A stretch of DNA of 64,000 nucleotides from an uncultured Acidobacteriota bacterium (GTDB lineage: Bacteria; Acidobacteriota; UBA6911), in NCBI GenBank assembly GCA_963843575.1, contig CAWJKZ010000025.1, positions 32,001-96,000 of the forward strand. Direction: 5' to 3'. Position numbers and translations under genes: made by a program. The notes under the pieces were generated by a model. That model saw only the letters and a list, made by a program, of their open reading frames with translations, searched no databases and was not told the DNA's origin. Positions 40,448 through 49,680 of this stretch are shown one piece after another. Positions within the stretch are counted from its first letter, which is position 1. Each line of letters starts with the position of its first letter.

Positions 40448-41317
40448 ATGGACAAAAACCCTTCCGCCCTGCAGGTGTCCTGCGTTCAGCTGCGCTGGGC
40501 GCGTTCGCTCGAACGGAACCTGGAACGGACGCGGCACTTCATTAGGGCGGCCGCCGCGTGCGGCAGCCGTGTCGTCGTGTTCCCGGAAGCCAGCCTGACC
40601 AGTTACTATTTCCCGTACGTCATCGCGCTCGCACCCGAGGCGGTGGCCGCGGCGCTTTCCGAGACGTGCCGCGCGGCCGCCGAAAGCGGGATCTGGGTGA
40701 TCGCCGGGACGATCCGGAAGACGCCCGACTGGTTCCTGAACATCGCCCACGTGATTGCCCCCGACGGGCGCGTCGTGCACGAATATGCCAAGGTCAACCT
40801 CGCGGGACGCGACGAAAAGGCCTACTGCCGCGCCGGGACAAAAATGGCTTTCTTCGACGTCGACGGGATCCCCTGCACGCTGGTGATATGCCGGGACGGC
40901 CGCCACCCGGAACTTTACCGCGTCCCGGCGATGGCGGGCGCCCTCATCCTCTTCCAGCCGTCGTGCAGCTCCGACGAGATCGAGGATGTCTGCTGGAAGA
41001 GGACCGCCGGGCGGGCGCAGCAACCGGTCGGTCCCAACAGCAGGATCTTCCACTGTGTCGCCAACACGGTGGGGGAGTCTCCCGACGGCAAGCAGACTTC
41101 CAGCGGATCATCATTCATCCGGGAGCCCGGGGGCATCCCCCTGGCTGAGGCGGGATTCTACCAGGAGGAGATGATCACGGCGACTCTCGACCTGTCGCGC
41201 GCGGATCGTTCGTACATCCTGGACAGCATGAAAAACCCTCCCTTCATGGCCAAGTACTGGGAGGCGATGGTCGCGGAAATGCTGCAGCGCAAAGACAGAG
41301 AAGCGGGTGATGGGTAA
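40448..41317 (+). CDS. Carbon-nitrogen hydrolase (nitrilase superfamily)
   Basis: VVVFPEA, YAKVNL, LVICRD: the E-K-C triad; GGAGG RBS. Confidence 0.85.
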   Translation: MDKNPSALQVSCVQLRWARSLERNLERTRHFIRAAAACGSRVVVFPEASLTSYYFPYVIALAPEAVAAALSETCRAAAESGIWVIAGTIRKTPDWFLNIAHVIAPDGRVVHEYAKVNLAGRDEKAYCRAGTKMAFFDVDGIPCTLVICRDGRHPELYRVPAMAGALILFQPSCSSDEIEDVCWKRTAGRAQQPVGPNSRIFHCVANTVGESPDGKQTSSGSSFIREPGGIPLAEAGFYQEEMITATLDLSRADRSYILDSMKNPPFMAKYWEAMVAEMLQRKDREAGDG

Positions 41318-41318
41318 T

Positions 41319-41391
41319 GGGTGCTGGGTGCTGGGTTTTAGCGCGTGGTTCGCCCTGCGATCCGACACCCGGGGCCCAGAACCCAACACCC
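41319..41391. repeat. Inverted heptamer repeat (GGGTGCT)n forming a hairpin between convergent genes
   Basis: GGGTGCTGGGTGCTGGGTT ... CCCAGAACCCAACACCC. Confidence 0.55.
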
Positions 41392-41394
41392 ACT

Positions 41395-42747
41395 TTACGA
41401 CGGGCTGAGGCACTCGATGGCCCGCATGAGGAGGGAGTGGGCTTCCGGCTGGGTGGGAGCCTCGGCTATCAGCCGCAGTATCGGCTCGGTGTTGGACGGG
41501 CGGGCGTGCAGCCATCGATCGGGCCACAGCACCTTGACCCCGTCGGTGAGATCTACGGTCTCGCCCTGGAACAACTCCTGGAGCAGTCGAAGGGAGGGAG
41601 CCATGTCGCGCGCCGGGCACAAGAGCTTTTCCTTCACCATGGCATAGACCGGGATCCGTGCGCGCAGCGCGCTGAGGGTTCCCCCGGTTTCGGCCAGCGC
41701 ATCGAGGATCAGGGCCATGCCGACGAAGCTGTCGCGGCACGGATTGACCGAAGGGAGGATCACGCCCCCGTTTCCTTCTCCCCCGATTACGGCCCCGCAA
41801 CGGAAGATCTCCTCGACCACGTGTATCTCGCCGACCCTGGTGCGGTGCACGGGCACGCCGTGGGCGGCGGCGATGTCGTCGACCATCCGGCTGGTGGAAA
41901 CGTTGACGACCACCGGGCCGGGCGTGCGCTGCAGCTGGCGGAAGACAGCGAGTGCGACGCTGCAGTCCTCGCCGATCGGTTCACCGCGCTCGTTGACGAC
42001 GGCGAGGCGGTCGGCGTCGGCATCCTGGGCAAAGCCAACGTCCGCCCCCGCCGCGCTGACCAGCGCGCAGAGTTCGCCGATGTTTTCGGCCAGCGGCTCG
42101 GGGCCGCGGGGAAACGGCTTGCCGGTGTCGGTGTTGAGCCCGACGACCTCGCAGCCGAGTTCCGCCAGGAACTCCGGCGAAGCCTGGGACGCAGCCCCGT
42201 TGCAGCAATCGACGACGACCTTGAACCGGCGCGCGCGTATCGCCTCGACGTCGACGGCGGCCAGCACCGCTTCCCTGTGGCGGCGCAGCGTGGTGCCGTC
42301 GTGGCGTTCGTCCGGGATGTCCTTCGCCCCCACGCGCGAGAACACTCCCTGGTGGTACAGGTCGGTCAGTTCGGCAGCCTGGTTGGGGCGGAGCACGACG
42401 CCGTCGGGGCCGATGAACTTGAGGGCGTTCCACTCGATGGGGTTGTGGCTGGCGCTGATGCAGATGCCGCCGAAGGCGCCCGTTTGGCGCACGTGCAGCA
42501 TCAGGGCGGGGATGGGGACGATACCGACGTCGATCGGGGTGCAGCCCACGCTGAGGAGGCCCGCGACGGCTGCCTGCTTCATCATCTCGCGGGACGGCCG
42601 GTTGTCGGTGCCCAGGAGAATCGGGCCCGCGCCGCAGTAGTTGCCAAAGGCGGCCGCGAAGGAAGTGACGAGTTGAGGGGTGAGCGATTCGCCCACGATA
42701 CCCCGAACCCCCGAGATGCCGACCTTCAGCGAGAGTTGTCTCGGCAT
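41395..42747 (-). CDS. Alpha-D-phosphohexomutase (PMM/PGM/GlmM family), canonical copy
   Basis: GISGVRG, ISASHNP, QDADADR, GGEGNGG, RPSNTEPILR. Confidence 0.9.
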   Translation of the reverse strand: MPRQLSLKVGISGVRGIVGESLTPQLVTSFAAAFGNYCGAGPILLGTDNRPSREMMKQAAVAGLLSVGCTPIDVGIVPIPALMLHVRQTGAFGGICISASHNPIEWNALKFIGPDGVVLRPNQAAELTDLYHQGVFSRVGAKDIPDERHDGTTLRRHREAVLAAVDVEAIRARRFKVVVDCCNGAASQASPEFLAELGCEVVGLNTDTGKPFPRGPEPLAENIGELCALVSAAGADVGFAQDADADRLAVVNERGEPIGEDCSVALAVFRQLQRTPGPVVVNVSTSRMVDDIAAAHGVPVHRTRVGEIHVVEEIFRCGAVIGGEGNGGVILPSVNPCRDSFVGMALILDALAETGGTLSALRARIPVYAMVKEKLLCPARDMAPSLRLLQELFQGETVDLTDGVKVLWPDRWLHARPSNTEPILRLIAEAPTQPEAHSLLMRAIECLSPS

Positions 42748-44112
42748 TTACGCACCTCCGTGGCCGTGAGTTAAGCGCCTGGCGTGGGTGAGGGCGTCCT
42801 CCAGGAGCGCGTCGGCCGTGCCGGCGTCGTCCGCCTCCGCGATGATCCGCAGCAGCGGCTCGGTGTTCGAGGCCCGCACGTGGAGCCGCCCCTTCGGCCC
42901 GGCCAGCAGGACGCCGTCGGTGCAGTCGGGCGACTGGCCGGCGTAGTGCATGCGCAGCCTGTCCAGGACCCGGTAGACGAGGTTGGGGGGACAGGGCATT
43001 TCGTGCTTGCGCATCGCGTAACGCGGGAGTCGGTCGACGAGGCCCTCCAGGTTCTCCCCGCTGACGGCGATCTGCTCCATGACGAACCCGAGGGTCAGCA
43101 GGGCATCGAAGGTCATGCTGACGGGCAGGGCCGCGACGCCGCCCGAGCCTTCGCCGGCGAGCACCGCGTTTTCCGCCAGGCCCTGGTCGATGACGTGGCT
43201 CTCGCCGACCGCTGTGCGGATGACCTTCTGCCCGAACCCGGCGGCAACGGCCTCGATCATGCGCGAAGTGGAGTAGTTGGTCGCCACCGGACCCGGTCTT
43301 CGCTTCAGACGCGTCCCGGCGGCCAGGGGCAGGGCGTACTCCTCGGACAAGGCGCGGCCCGAGCCGGTGACGAACCCGATGCGGTCGCCGTCGATGTTCA
43401 GCGCGGCCCCGAAGTCCGCCTCCAGGCAGCGCATCAGCGCCGCCAGCTGGCGCATGTTGGTCGTGCTCGGAGCGGGGGCGTGGGCGAACTCCCCGGTCGG
43501 CTCCTCGTTGATGGGGAGCAGCGTGCAGCCGAGCGCCTCGAACAACCGGCCCGCGGCGGGGCCGCAGGCCCCGTTGCAGAAGTCTACGACGACCCGCAAG
43601 GCGCGCGCCCTTATGGCATCCACGTCCAGCGCGGCTAGGAGGTGGTCCAGGTAGCGGTCCATCAGTTCCGCCTCCCGCTGCACGGGACGAAGCTTGTCCC
43701 AGGAGGCTAGCAGGAAATTCGACCCGTGGTATATGTCGAGGAGTTCCTCGCTCTTGACCGCGTTGAGCAGCGCCCCGTCGGGGCCCGTGAATTTCAGCGC
43801 GTTCCAGCTCGCGTCGTTGTGGCTCCCGGTGATCGAGATCCCGCCGTCAGCGCCGGTCTCCCGGACCGCGAACGAGATCAGGGGGCTGGGGCAGATGCCG
43901 AGGTCCACCACTTCGCAGCCGGTCGACAGGAGCCCTGCCGTCACCGCGGCCCGCAGCATCGGGGAGGACCGCCGCGTGTCGCGCCCGATCACGACGGTCC
44001 CGCCGTCGCACCACGTGCCGAACGCGCCGGCGAAGTTGACTATCAGTTCCGGAGTGAGGGCTTCCCCTACCACGCCACGCACCCAGGAGGTTCCGATCTT
44101 CAGCTCTCTCAT
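42748..44112 (-). CDS. Alpha-D-phosphohexomutase paralog with altered motifs
   Basis: GTSWVRG, ITGSHND, LNIDGDR, AGEGSGG, RASNTEPLLR. Confidence 0.85.
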   Translation of the reverse strand: MRELKIGTSWVRGVVGEALTPELIVNFAGAFGTWCDGGTVVIGRDTRRSSPMLRAAVTAGLLSTGCEVVDLGICPSPLISFAVRETGADGGISITGSHNDASWNALKFTGPDGALLNAVKSEELLDIYHGSNFLLASWDKLRPVQREAELMDRYLDHLLAALDVDAIRARALRVVVDFCNGACGPAAGRLFEALGCTLLPINEEPTGEFAHAPAPSTTNMRQLAALMRCLEADFGAALNIDGDRIGFVTGSGRALSEEYALPLAAGTRLKRRPGPVATNYSTSRMIEAVAAGFGQKVIRTAVGESHVIDQGLAENAVLAGEGSGGVAALPVSMTFDALLTLGFVMEQIAVSGENLEGLVDRLPRYAMRKHEMPCPPNLVYRVLDRLRMHYAGQSPDCTDGVLLAGPKGRLHVRASNTEPLLRIIAEADDAGTADALLEDALTHARRLTHGHGGA

Positions 44113-45458
44113 CGACCTTCCCCCGGCCCCACCCCGATTCCGAACTCGGTCTTGAGGTCCTCGATGCAGCGCCTCGCCTCCGGCGATTTGGCGCGCAGCC
44201 TCTCGAAAAGCGTCAGCTGCACCATGGCCCGTGTCTTGTTGAGGTCGGGTGGGTCCGCGGGCCCGAGCCTGAAGTAACTGTCTCCGCGCAGATGGTCCGC
44301 CAGGAAGCGCAGCCCCAACTCCAGCGCGATGATCTCGACCGCATCGGTCATGAGATCGACCTCCGCCGCTCGCAGGTTACGCGCCGACCTCAGGAAGCCG
44401 CGCGCGACGGCACGATACACGTCCATGTCGACCTGGACCTTCTCCAGCCTCCGTTCCTTCTCGCCGGCGACGTTGACCAGGGACCGCACCATGTCCCCCC
44501 AGTCCGCCAGCCAGGTGTGGGGCATGATCGTGTCCATGTCTACGAGGGCCTTGACCCGGCGTGTGCGGGTGTTGAACAGGAAGTTGTCGAGCTTGGTGTC
44601 CCCGTGGATCGCCACCGTGCGGATTGCGCCCGACGCCATGCCGTCGAGGAGGGCCATACCGAATCGTTCCTCGTCCCCGGCCAAAGCGATGAAACGGCGG
44701 AGGTCCGGGTCTCCGGTGCGCCGGCGGCACTCGTCGTCGGGCAGGTGCAGCAGGAAGTGCTGTTCCGTGCTCTGCCGCACCACGGGGTCGGCCGGCAGCC
44801 AGCGCTCCGCCTGCTCGAGGCTGCGGCTCCCCTCCAGCACCGAGAAGAACTGGTTGTAGTACAGCCGGGTGTCCCGGTAGCCCGGGAGCGGGTTCTCCAG
44901 CCCCGAGACGTCCATGCCTGACGTCAGATAGCCGAACAGGGACAGCCCGCCGGCCGCCTGCGCGGCCACGTAGAGCCTCTCGTCGGGATCGCGTATCTCG
45001 CCCAGGCTCTTGAAGGTGAGCGCGTCGGGGATCTTGACCATCAGGCGCCAGCAACCGTATCCGCGGCGGTCCGTGACTTCGAGAAACGGCCGGTCGGCGC
45101 GGGTCGGGACGAGCGTGATGGTCTCCCACTCCTCGTCGTCTCTCAGGCGGGTCCGGGCCAGGCACTCTCTTTGCGCGTCGATGCAGGCGACCATCGCGTT
45201 CATCACCGAGCGCGGCCGGGTGAAAACCTGCTGGTTGATCCGCTGGAGCAGGTAGTCGCGCCCCGGGCCGGCGTGACCGGCGGTCAAGAGGTAGGTGTGC
45301 TGGTTGATGTTGCCCTTTTCCGGAAAGTCGTAGGCCTCCACAGGGGGCGGCAGGCGGAACCTGGACGCGAGCCGGTTGGCTTGAGCGACCGGGTACTCCT
45401 CCGAAATGCTCAGGCCCCTCGTGACTCGTCGCAGATCGGGCATGCCGATAGTCCCCAC
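44109..45458 (-). CDS. APH-family phosphotransferase, N-acetylhexosamine 1-kinase-like
   Basis: GNINQHTY, YLLQRINQQVF, HGDTKLDN, VDMDTIMP, DWGDMVRS, ELGLRFLADHLRGDSYF. Confidence 0.75.
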   Translation of the reverse strand: MGTIGMPDLRRVTRGLSISEEYPVAQANRLASRFRLPPPVEAYDFPEKGNINQHTYLLTAGHAGPGRDYLLQRINQQVFTRPRSVMNAMVACIDAQRECLARTRLRDDEEWETITLVPTRADRPFLEVTDRRGYGCWRLMVKIPDALTFKSLGEIRDPDERLYVAAQAAGGLSLFGYLTSGMDVSGLENPLPGYRDTRLYYNQFFSVLEGSRSLEQAERWLPADPVVRQSTEQHFLLHLPDDECRRRTGDPDLRRFIALAGDEERFGMALLDGMASGAIRTVAIHGDTKLDNFLFNTRTRRVKALVDMDTIMPHTWLADWGDMVRSLVNVAGEKERRLEKVQVDMDVYRAVARGFLRSARNLRAAEVDLMTDAVEIIALELGLRFLADHLRGDSYFRLGPADPPDLNKTRAMVQLTLFERLRAKSPEARRCIEDLKTEFGIGVGPGEGR

Positions 45459-45459
45459 G

Positions 45460-46755
45460 TTAGAGGCGCCAGAGGCTGACGCCGTCGGGTTTGGTCTCGC
45501 GTGGCAGCGTGTTCCGGATATCGGCGACGACCCCCTTACCCCCCCGCAGCAGCCTGGTCATCAACCCCCAACCCTCGGCGACGTACGCGTCGTGGGGGAC
45601 CGCGACCACGACGGCGTTGGCCGGCGTCAGTTTTTCGAGCGGGGTCAGCGTGATGCCGTATTCGTGCTGCGCCTCGTCCGGGTGCGCGATCGGGTCGTGG
45701 ATCTGCACGTCCATGTTGTACGACCTGAACGCGTGCAGGATGTCGATCACCCGGGTGTTGCGCAGGTCGCTCACATTCTCCTTAAACGTGAGCCCCAGGA
45801 TGGTGACCGTGGGCCGGGCGCCGTCGAACGTCACCCCGCCGCGCGCCAGGATGAGTTTCACCACCTCCTTGGCCACAAAGACGCCCATGCCGTCGTTGAT
45901 ACGGCGTCCCGAGAGTATCACCTGGGGGATGTATCCGAGCTGTTCAGCCTTGTGGGTCAGGTAATAAGGGTCGACCCCGATGCAGTGCCCCCCGACCAGC
46001 CCCGGGGAGAACCGCAGGAAGTTCCATTTCGTCCCGGCGGCGGCCAGCACGTCGTGGCAGTCGATCTTCATCCGGTGGAAGATGATGGCGAGCTCGTTGA
46101 CGAGCGCGATGTTCAGGTCGCGCTGCGTGTTCTCGATGACCTTGGCAGCCTCGGCCACCTTGATGGAGGCCGCCTTGAACACGCCCGCCTCGACCACCGA
46201 CCGGTACACTTCAGCCACGATGTCGAGCGTCTCCTGATCCTGGCCCGACACGACCTTGAGAATCCGGGTGAAGGTGTGTTCGTGGTCCCCGGGATTGATG
46301 CGCTCCGGGGAGTAGCCGACCTTGAACTCCCGGCCATACGCGAACCCGGATTCCTTCTCGAGAATCGGGACGCAGACCTCCTCGGTCGCCCCGGGGTACA
46401 CCGTCGACTCGTAGACGACGATGGCGCCGGGCGACAGGTTGCGGCCGACGGTTTCCGACGCCCGGACCAACGGGGTCAGGTCCGGCCGCTTCGCGTCGTC
46501 CACCGGGGTCGGTACCGCGACGATGATGAAATCCGCCTCCCGCAACCGGCAGGGATCGGAGGTGAATTCGGCCATCCCTTCCGCGAGATCCGCCCCGGAG
46601 ACGTCGTGGTTGCGGTCGTAACCGTTCATCAACTCCCGGATGCGTTGGTTGTTGATGTCGAAGGAGATTACCTTCCGTTTTCTGCCGAACGCGACTGCAA
46701 TCGGCAACCCGACGTAACCCAGCCCCACAACTGCGATCTTGCGGTCTTCACTCAT
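45460..46755 (-). CDS. UDP-N-acetyl-D-glucosamine/galactosamine 6-dehydrogenase (WbpO/TviB-like)
   Basis: VVGLGYVGLP, VAVPTP, ESTVYPGATE, YSPERINPGD, AKVIENTQRD, GGHCIGVDPYYL. Confidence 0.9.
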   Translation of the reverse strand: MSEDRKIAVVGLGYVGLPIAVAFGRKRKVISFDINNQRIRELMNGYDRNHDVSGADLAEGMAEFTSDPCRLREADFIIVAVPTPVDDAKRPDLTPLVRASETVGRNLSPGAIVVYESTVYPGATEEVCVPILEKESGFAYGREFKVGYSPERINPGDHEHTFTRILKVVSGQDQETLDIVAEVYRSVVEAGVFKAASIKVAEAAKVIENTQRDLNIALVNELAIIFHRMKIDCHDVLAAAGTKWNFLRFSPGLVGGHCIGVDPYYLTHKAEQLGYIPQVILSGRRINDGMGVFVAKEVVKLILARGGVTFDGARPTVTILGLTFKENVSDLRNTRVIDILHAFRSYNMDVQIHDPIAHPDEAQHEYGITLTPLEKLTPANAVVVAVPHDAYVAEGWGLMTRLLRGGKGVVADIRNTLPRETKPDGVSLWRL

Positions 46756-46859
46756 GAAATCCCCCTAAAGCATATCGGATCCCGATACCGCCGCATTATC
46801 CGTACTTTGGCCGCCCGGACTTCAACAACACGGGCGATGAAAAACAAAAGCCAAAACAG

Positions 46860-46990
46860 AACGCAGATTCCGCGGATCCAACGGATTCACGCGGATCGAC
46901 CGCGGCCTGTCGCCAAGTCGATCTGTGGGGATCCGCGCGCATTCGCGTCCTGAAAAATACGTTAGCGTAGTTGTGAACATCAGTACTAAG
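46860..46990. mobile_element. Partial copy (right end) of a second MITE family
   Basis: AATACGTTAGCGTAGTTGTGAACATCAGTACTAAG (46956-46990) matches both ends of 48722-48862; the interior GCGGATCG..CCTGTCGCCAAGTCGATC is also shared. Confidence 0.6.
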
Positions 46991-47645
46991 GCACGTAGTC
47001 CCGGGCCACGGCATATTTCCCCAACTCGCCGTACTCCATTCCCCCGCCGCCCATCCCGGATGCCGGCGGTCTGGCATTCCCCCGCACCGCCCGAAATCGC
47101 TCCATGACGGCATTTCCCTCGTCCGCGCGTCCGCTCTGGATGAGCAGCATCCCGAGGTTGTAGAGTGCTCCCGCATGAGAGGGCTCCAGTTCCAGGCAAC
47201 GGCGCAAGGCGAGCTCCGCCGGCTCGAGCCGGCGCTCCCGCACATTGAGAACTCCGATGTGGTAATAACCTGCGGAGCACTCCGGGTCCAGTTCGATCAC
47301 CCGCCGGAAGCACTCGAGAGCCTCGGCGCTCGCGCCCTTGCCTTTCAGCACCAGTCCCAGGCAGTACTGGGCGGCCGCGTTTCTCTCGTTTCTTGTCAGC
47401 TCCCCGCGGAGCACGGACTCGGCGTCCGCGGGACTCAGGCCGTACAGGAGAGCGATCCCGAGATTGGTGCGCGCCAGATCGAAATCCGGGTCCGCCGCGA
47501 GAGCCTCCCTGAAGACGGCTGCCGCTTCCCGGAACAGGTGCTGGTTCATCTTGAGCACGCCCGCGCGGTTCAGTGCGACAGCCGCAGGAAACGGGGAGTG
47601 CGCCGTGGCCTGGATCAAGAGCAGCAGAAGGAGCACGCCCATCAC
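46986..47645 (-). CDS. Exported TPR protein
   Basis: Signal peptide; repeats such as ARTNLGIAL, AQYCLGLVL, ALYNLGMLL. Confidence 0.8.
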   Translation of the reverse strand: MMGVLLLLLLIQATAHSPFPAAVALNRAGVLKMNQHLFREAAAVFREALAADPDFDLARTNLGIALLYGLSPADAESVLRGELTRNERNAAAQYCLGLVLKGKGASAEALECFRRVIELDPECSAGYYHIGVLNVRERRLEPAELALRRCLELEPSHAGALYNLGMLLIQSGRADEGNAVMERFRAVRGNARPPASGMGGGGMEYGELGKYAVARDYVP

Positions 47646-47715
47646 GACTCCGCCGATTCATCCGACATGTGCGGTCTCTTTCAGGTATTCTATCATTCTC
47701 GGTGGAGGATCCTTC

Positions 47716-48726
47716 ATGCTGATCAACCGGCAGGTTACGCTTGCAGCACGGCCCGTGGGGTACCCGAAGATCACCGATTTCAACCTGGTGGAAAAGCCAG
47801 TGCCGTCGCCGGCGGACGGGCAGTTGCTGATTCGAGTCGTCTACCTGTCGCTCGACCCCTACATGAGGGGCCGTATGAACGACGGACGTTCGTACGCGGT
47901 GGGACTGGGGATCGGCGACGTAATGGTCGGGGGAACGGTCGGCAAGGTAATAGAGTCCAGGCACCCGGACTACCGCCGCGGGGATATCGTGGAGGGTGGG
48001 TTGGGGTGGCAGGAATACGCCGTTTCCGACGGTTCGGACCTGCGCAAGGTGGATCCAAACCTGGCCCCCGTCTCGACAGCCCTCGGGGTATTGGGGATGC
48101 CGGGCCTGACGGCGTATTTCGGCGTGATCGAGATCGCCCAGCCGCGCGCCGGCGACACGGTGGTGGTCTCCGGCGCCGCCGGGGCAGTCGGCTCGGTCGC
48201 GGGGCAGGTTGCGAAAATACAGGGTTGCCGGGTGGTAGGGATAGCCGGATCAGACGCCAAGATCAACTACATCGTGGGCGAACTCGGGTTCGACGCCGCG
48301 TTCAACTACAAGAGCGTGGAAAACTATTACGAAGTGCTGCGGGAGATCTGCCCCGAGGGGATCGACGTCTACTTCGACAACGTCGGTGGGCCGATAAGCG
48401 ACGCCGTGTTGAGGTTGCTCAGGCCGAGGGCCAGGATCGCCGTCTGCGGCCAGATCTCCCAGTACAACCTGGAGAAACCGGAAATGGGGCCGCGCCTTCT
48501 GCCTGCGCTGCTGACCAGGCAGGCGCGCGCCGAGGGGTTCCTGGTGTTCCAGTTCGCGGAGCGTTATCCCGCCGGGTTGCAGCAGCTGGCACAGTGGCTG
48601 AAGGAAGGCCGGCTGAAATATCGGGAAGACATCGTGGAAGGCATTGAAAACGCCCCCGGCGCCTTTATCGGCATGCTGCAGGGACACAACATGGGCAAGC
48701 AGCTCGTCAAACTGTCCGTCCCTTAA
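47716..48726 (+). CDS. NADP-dependent oxidoreductase (CurA/prostaglandin reductase-like MDR)
   Basis: LAARPVGYP, YLSLDPYMRGRM, LGMPGLTAYFG, GAAGAVGS, YFDNVGG, CGQISQYN; GGAGG RBS. Confidence 0.9.
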   Translation: MLINRQVTLAARPVGYPKITDFNLVEKPVPSPADGQLLIRVVYLSLDPYMRGRMNDGRSYAVGLGIGDVMVGGTVGKVIESRHPDYRRGDIVEGGLGWQEYAVSDGSDLRKVDPNLAPVSTALGVLGMPGLTAYFGVIEIAQPRAGDTVVVSGAAGAVGSVAGQVAKIQGCRVVGIAGSDAKINYIVGELGFDAAFNYKSVENYYEVLREICPEGIDVYFDNVGGPISDAVLRLLRPRARIAVCGQISQYNLEKPEMGPRLLPALLTRQARAEGFLVFQFAERYPAGLQQLAQWLKEGRLKYREDIVEGIENAPGAFIGMLQGHNMGKQLVKLSVP

Positions 48727-48862
48727 TACCCGATTTCATAAACACGCTAACGTATTCCTGGGATGGAACTGCCCACCGCACAGCAGAACGCGGATCGGGC
48801 GCGACCTGTCACCAGGTCGATCTCCTGGGAACGTGAGCGTATTTGTGAACACGAGTACTAAG
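48722..48862. mobile_element. MITE-like element (141 bp) with about 33-bp imperfect TIRs ending in GTACTAAG
   Basis: CTTAATACCCGATTTCATAAACACGCTAACGT ... ACGTGAGCGTATTTGTGAACACGAGTACTAAG. Confidence 0.65.
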
Positions 48863-48909
48863 TACGCGCCGGCCGATGCCTTTGCTTTTGATCCGCGTGG
48901 ATCTGTGTC

Positions 48910-49680
48910 CTATAGCCGTCTGATGGAGAACCCCCCGTCGACCTGGAGGACCTGCCCGGTGGAGTAGGGGAGGTCCCCGCGCACCAGCATGGCGACAGCC
49001 TTGCCCACGTCGTCCGGGGTGCCCCAGCGCGCCTGAGGGAGCATTCCCTGCCGGAGCAGCGCGTCGTACTTCTCCCGGACGCCGGCCGTCATGTCTGTCT
49101 CGATTATGCCCGGGCGGACCTCGTACACCGGGATGTCGAACTCCGCCAGCCGCGCCGCCCAGAGCGAAGTAGCCATGGCGACCCCTGCCTTGGAAATGCA
49201 GTACTCACCCCGGTTGGTCGAGGCCGCCGTCGCCGAGACCGACGACACGTTGACGACGCACCCCGAGAAACCGGGGATCGCCTTCTTTTGTTCTATCATC
49301 CAGCGCGCCACGGCCTGGGTCAGGAAATAGGGGCCCCGGAGGTTGGTGCGTATTACCCGTTCGAAGCTCTCCTCGGTGGCTTCGAGAATGTCGCGGCGTT
49401 CGATCGGGGCCACGCCGGCGTTGTTGACCAGGACGTTCAGCCGCCCGAGGGCCTCGCGCACCCCGGACACCAGGTTTAGGCGTGACGCCGGGTCGCCGAC
49501 GTCGGCCTGAAAATAGCAGGCGCGGCTCCCGCCATCCTCGAGTTCCCGCAGAACCGGTTCGACATCCTGCCGGGGCCGAACCCCGCAGAGCGCGAGATCG
49601 TATCCCTCCCGGCACAACCGGCGGGCGATGCCGAGCCCGATGCCGCGAGCTCCACCGGTGATGAGGGCCGCTTTTTTCAC
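48910..49680 (-). CDS. SDR family oxidoreductase (3-ketoacyl-ACP reductase-like)
   Basis: ITGGARGIG, NNAG, YCISK, VRPGIIETDMT; GTG start overlaps the GH88 stop. Confidence 0.88.
   Translation of the reverse strand: MKKAALITGGARGIGLGIARRLCREGYDLALCGVRPRQDVEPVLRELEDGGSRACYFQADVGDPASRLNLVSGVREALGRLNVLVNNAGVAPIERRDILEATEESFERVIRTNLRGPYFLTQAVARWMIEQKKAIPGFSGCVVNVSSVSATAASTNRGEYCISKAGVAMATSLWAARLAEFDIPVYEVRPGIIETDMTAGVREKYDALLRQGMLPQARWGTPDDVGKAVAMLVRGDLPYSTGQVLQVDGGFSIRRL

Noticed and set aside
46956-48756. Composite transposon carrying the TPR and oxidoreductase genes
   Set aside because: The two ends adjacent to the genes belong to separate elements with the genes outside them; no transposase and no clear left end of the first element.
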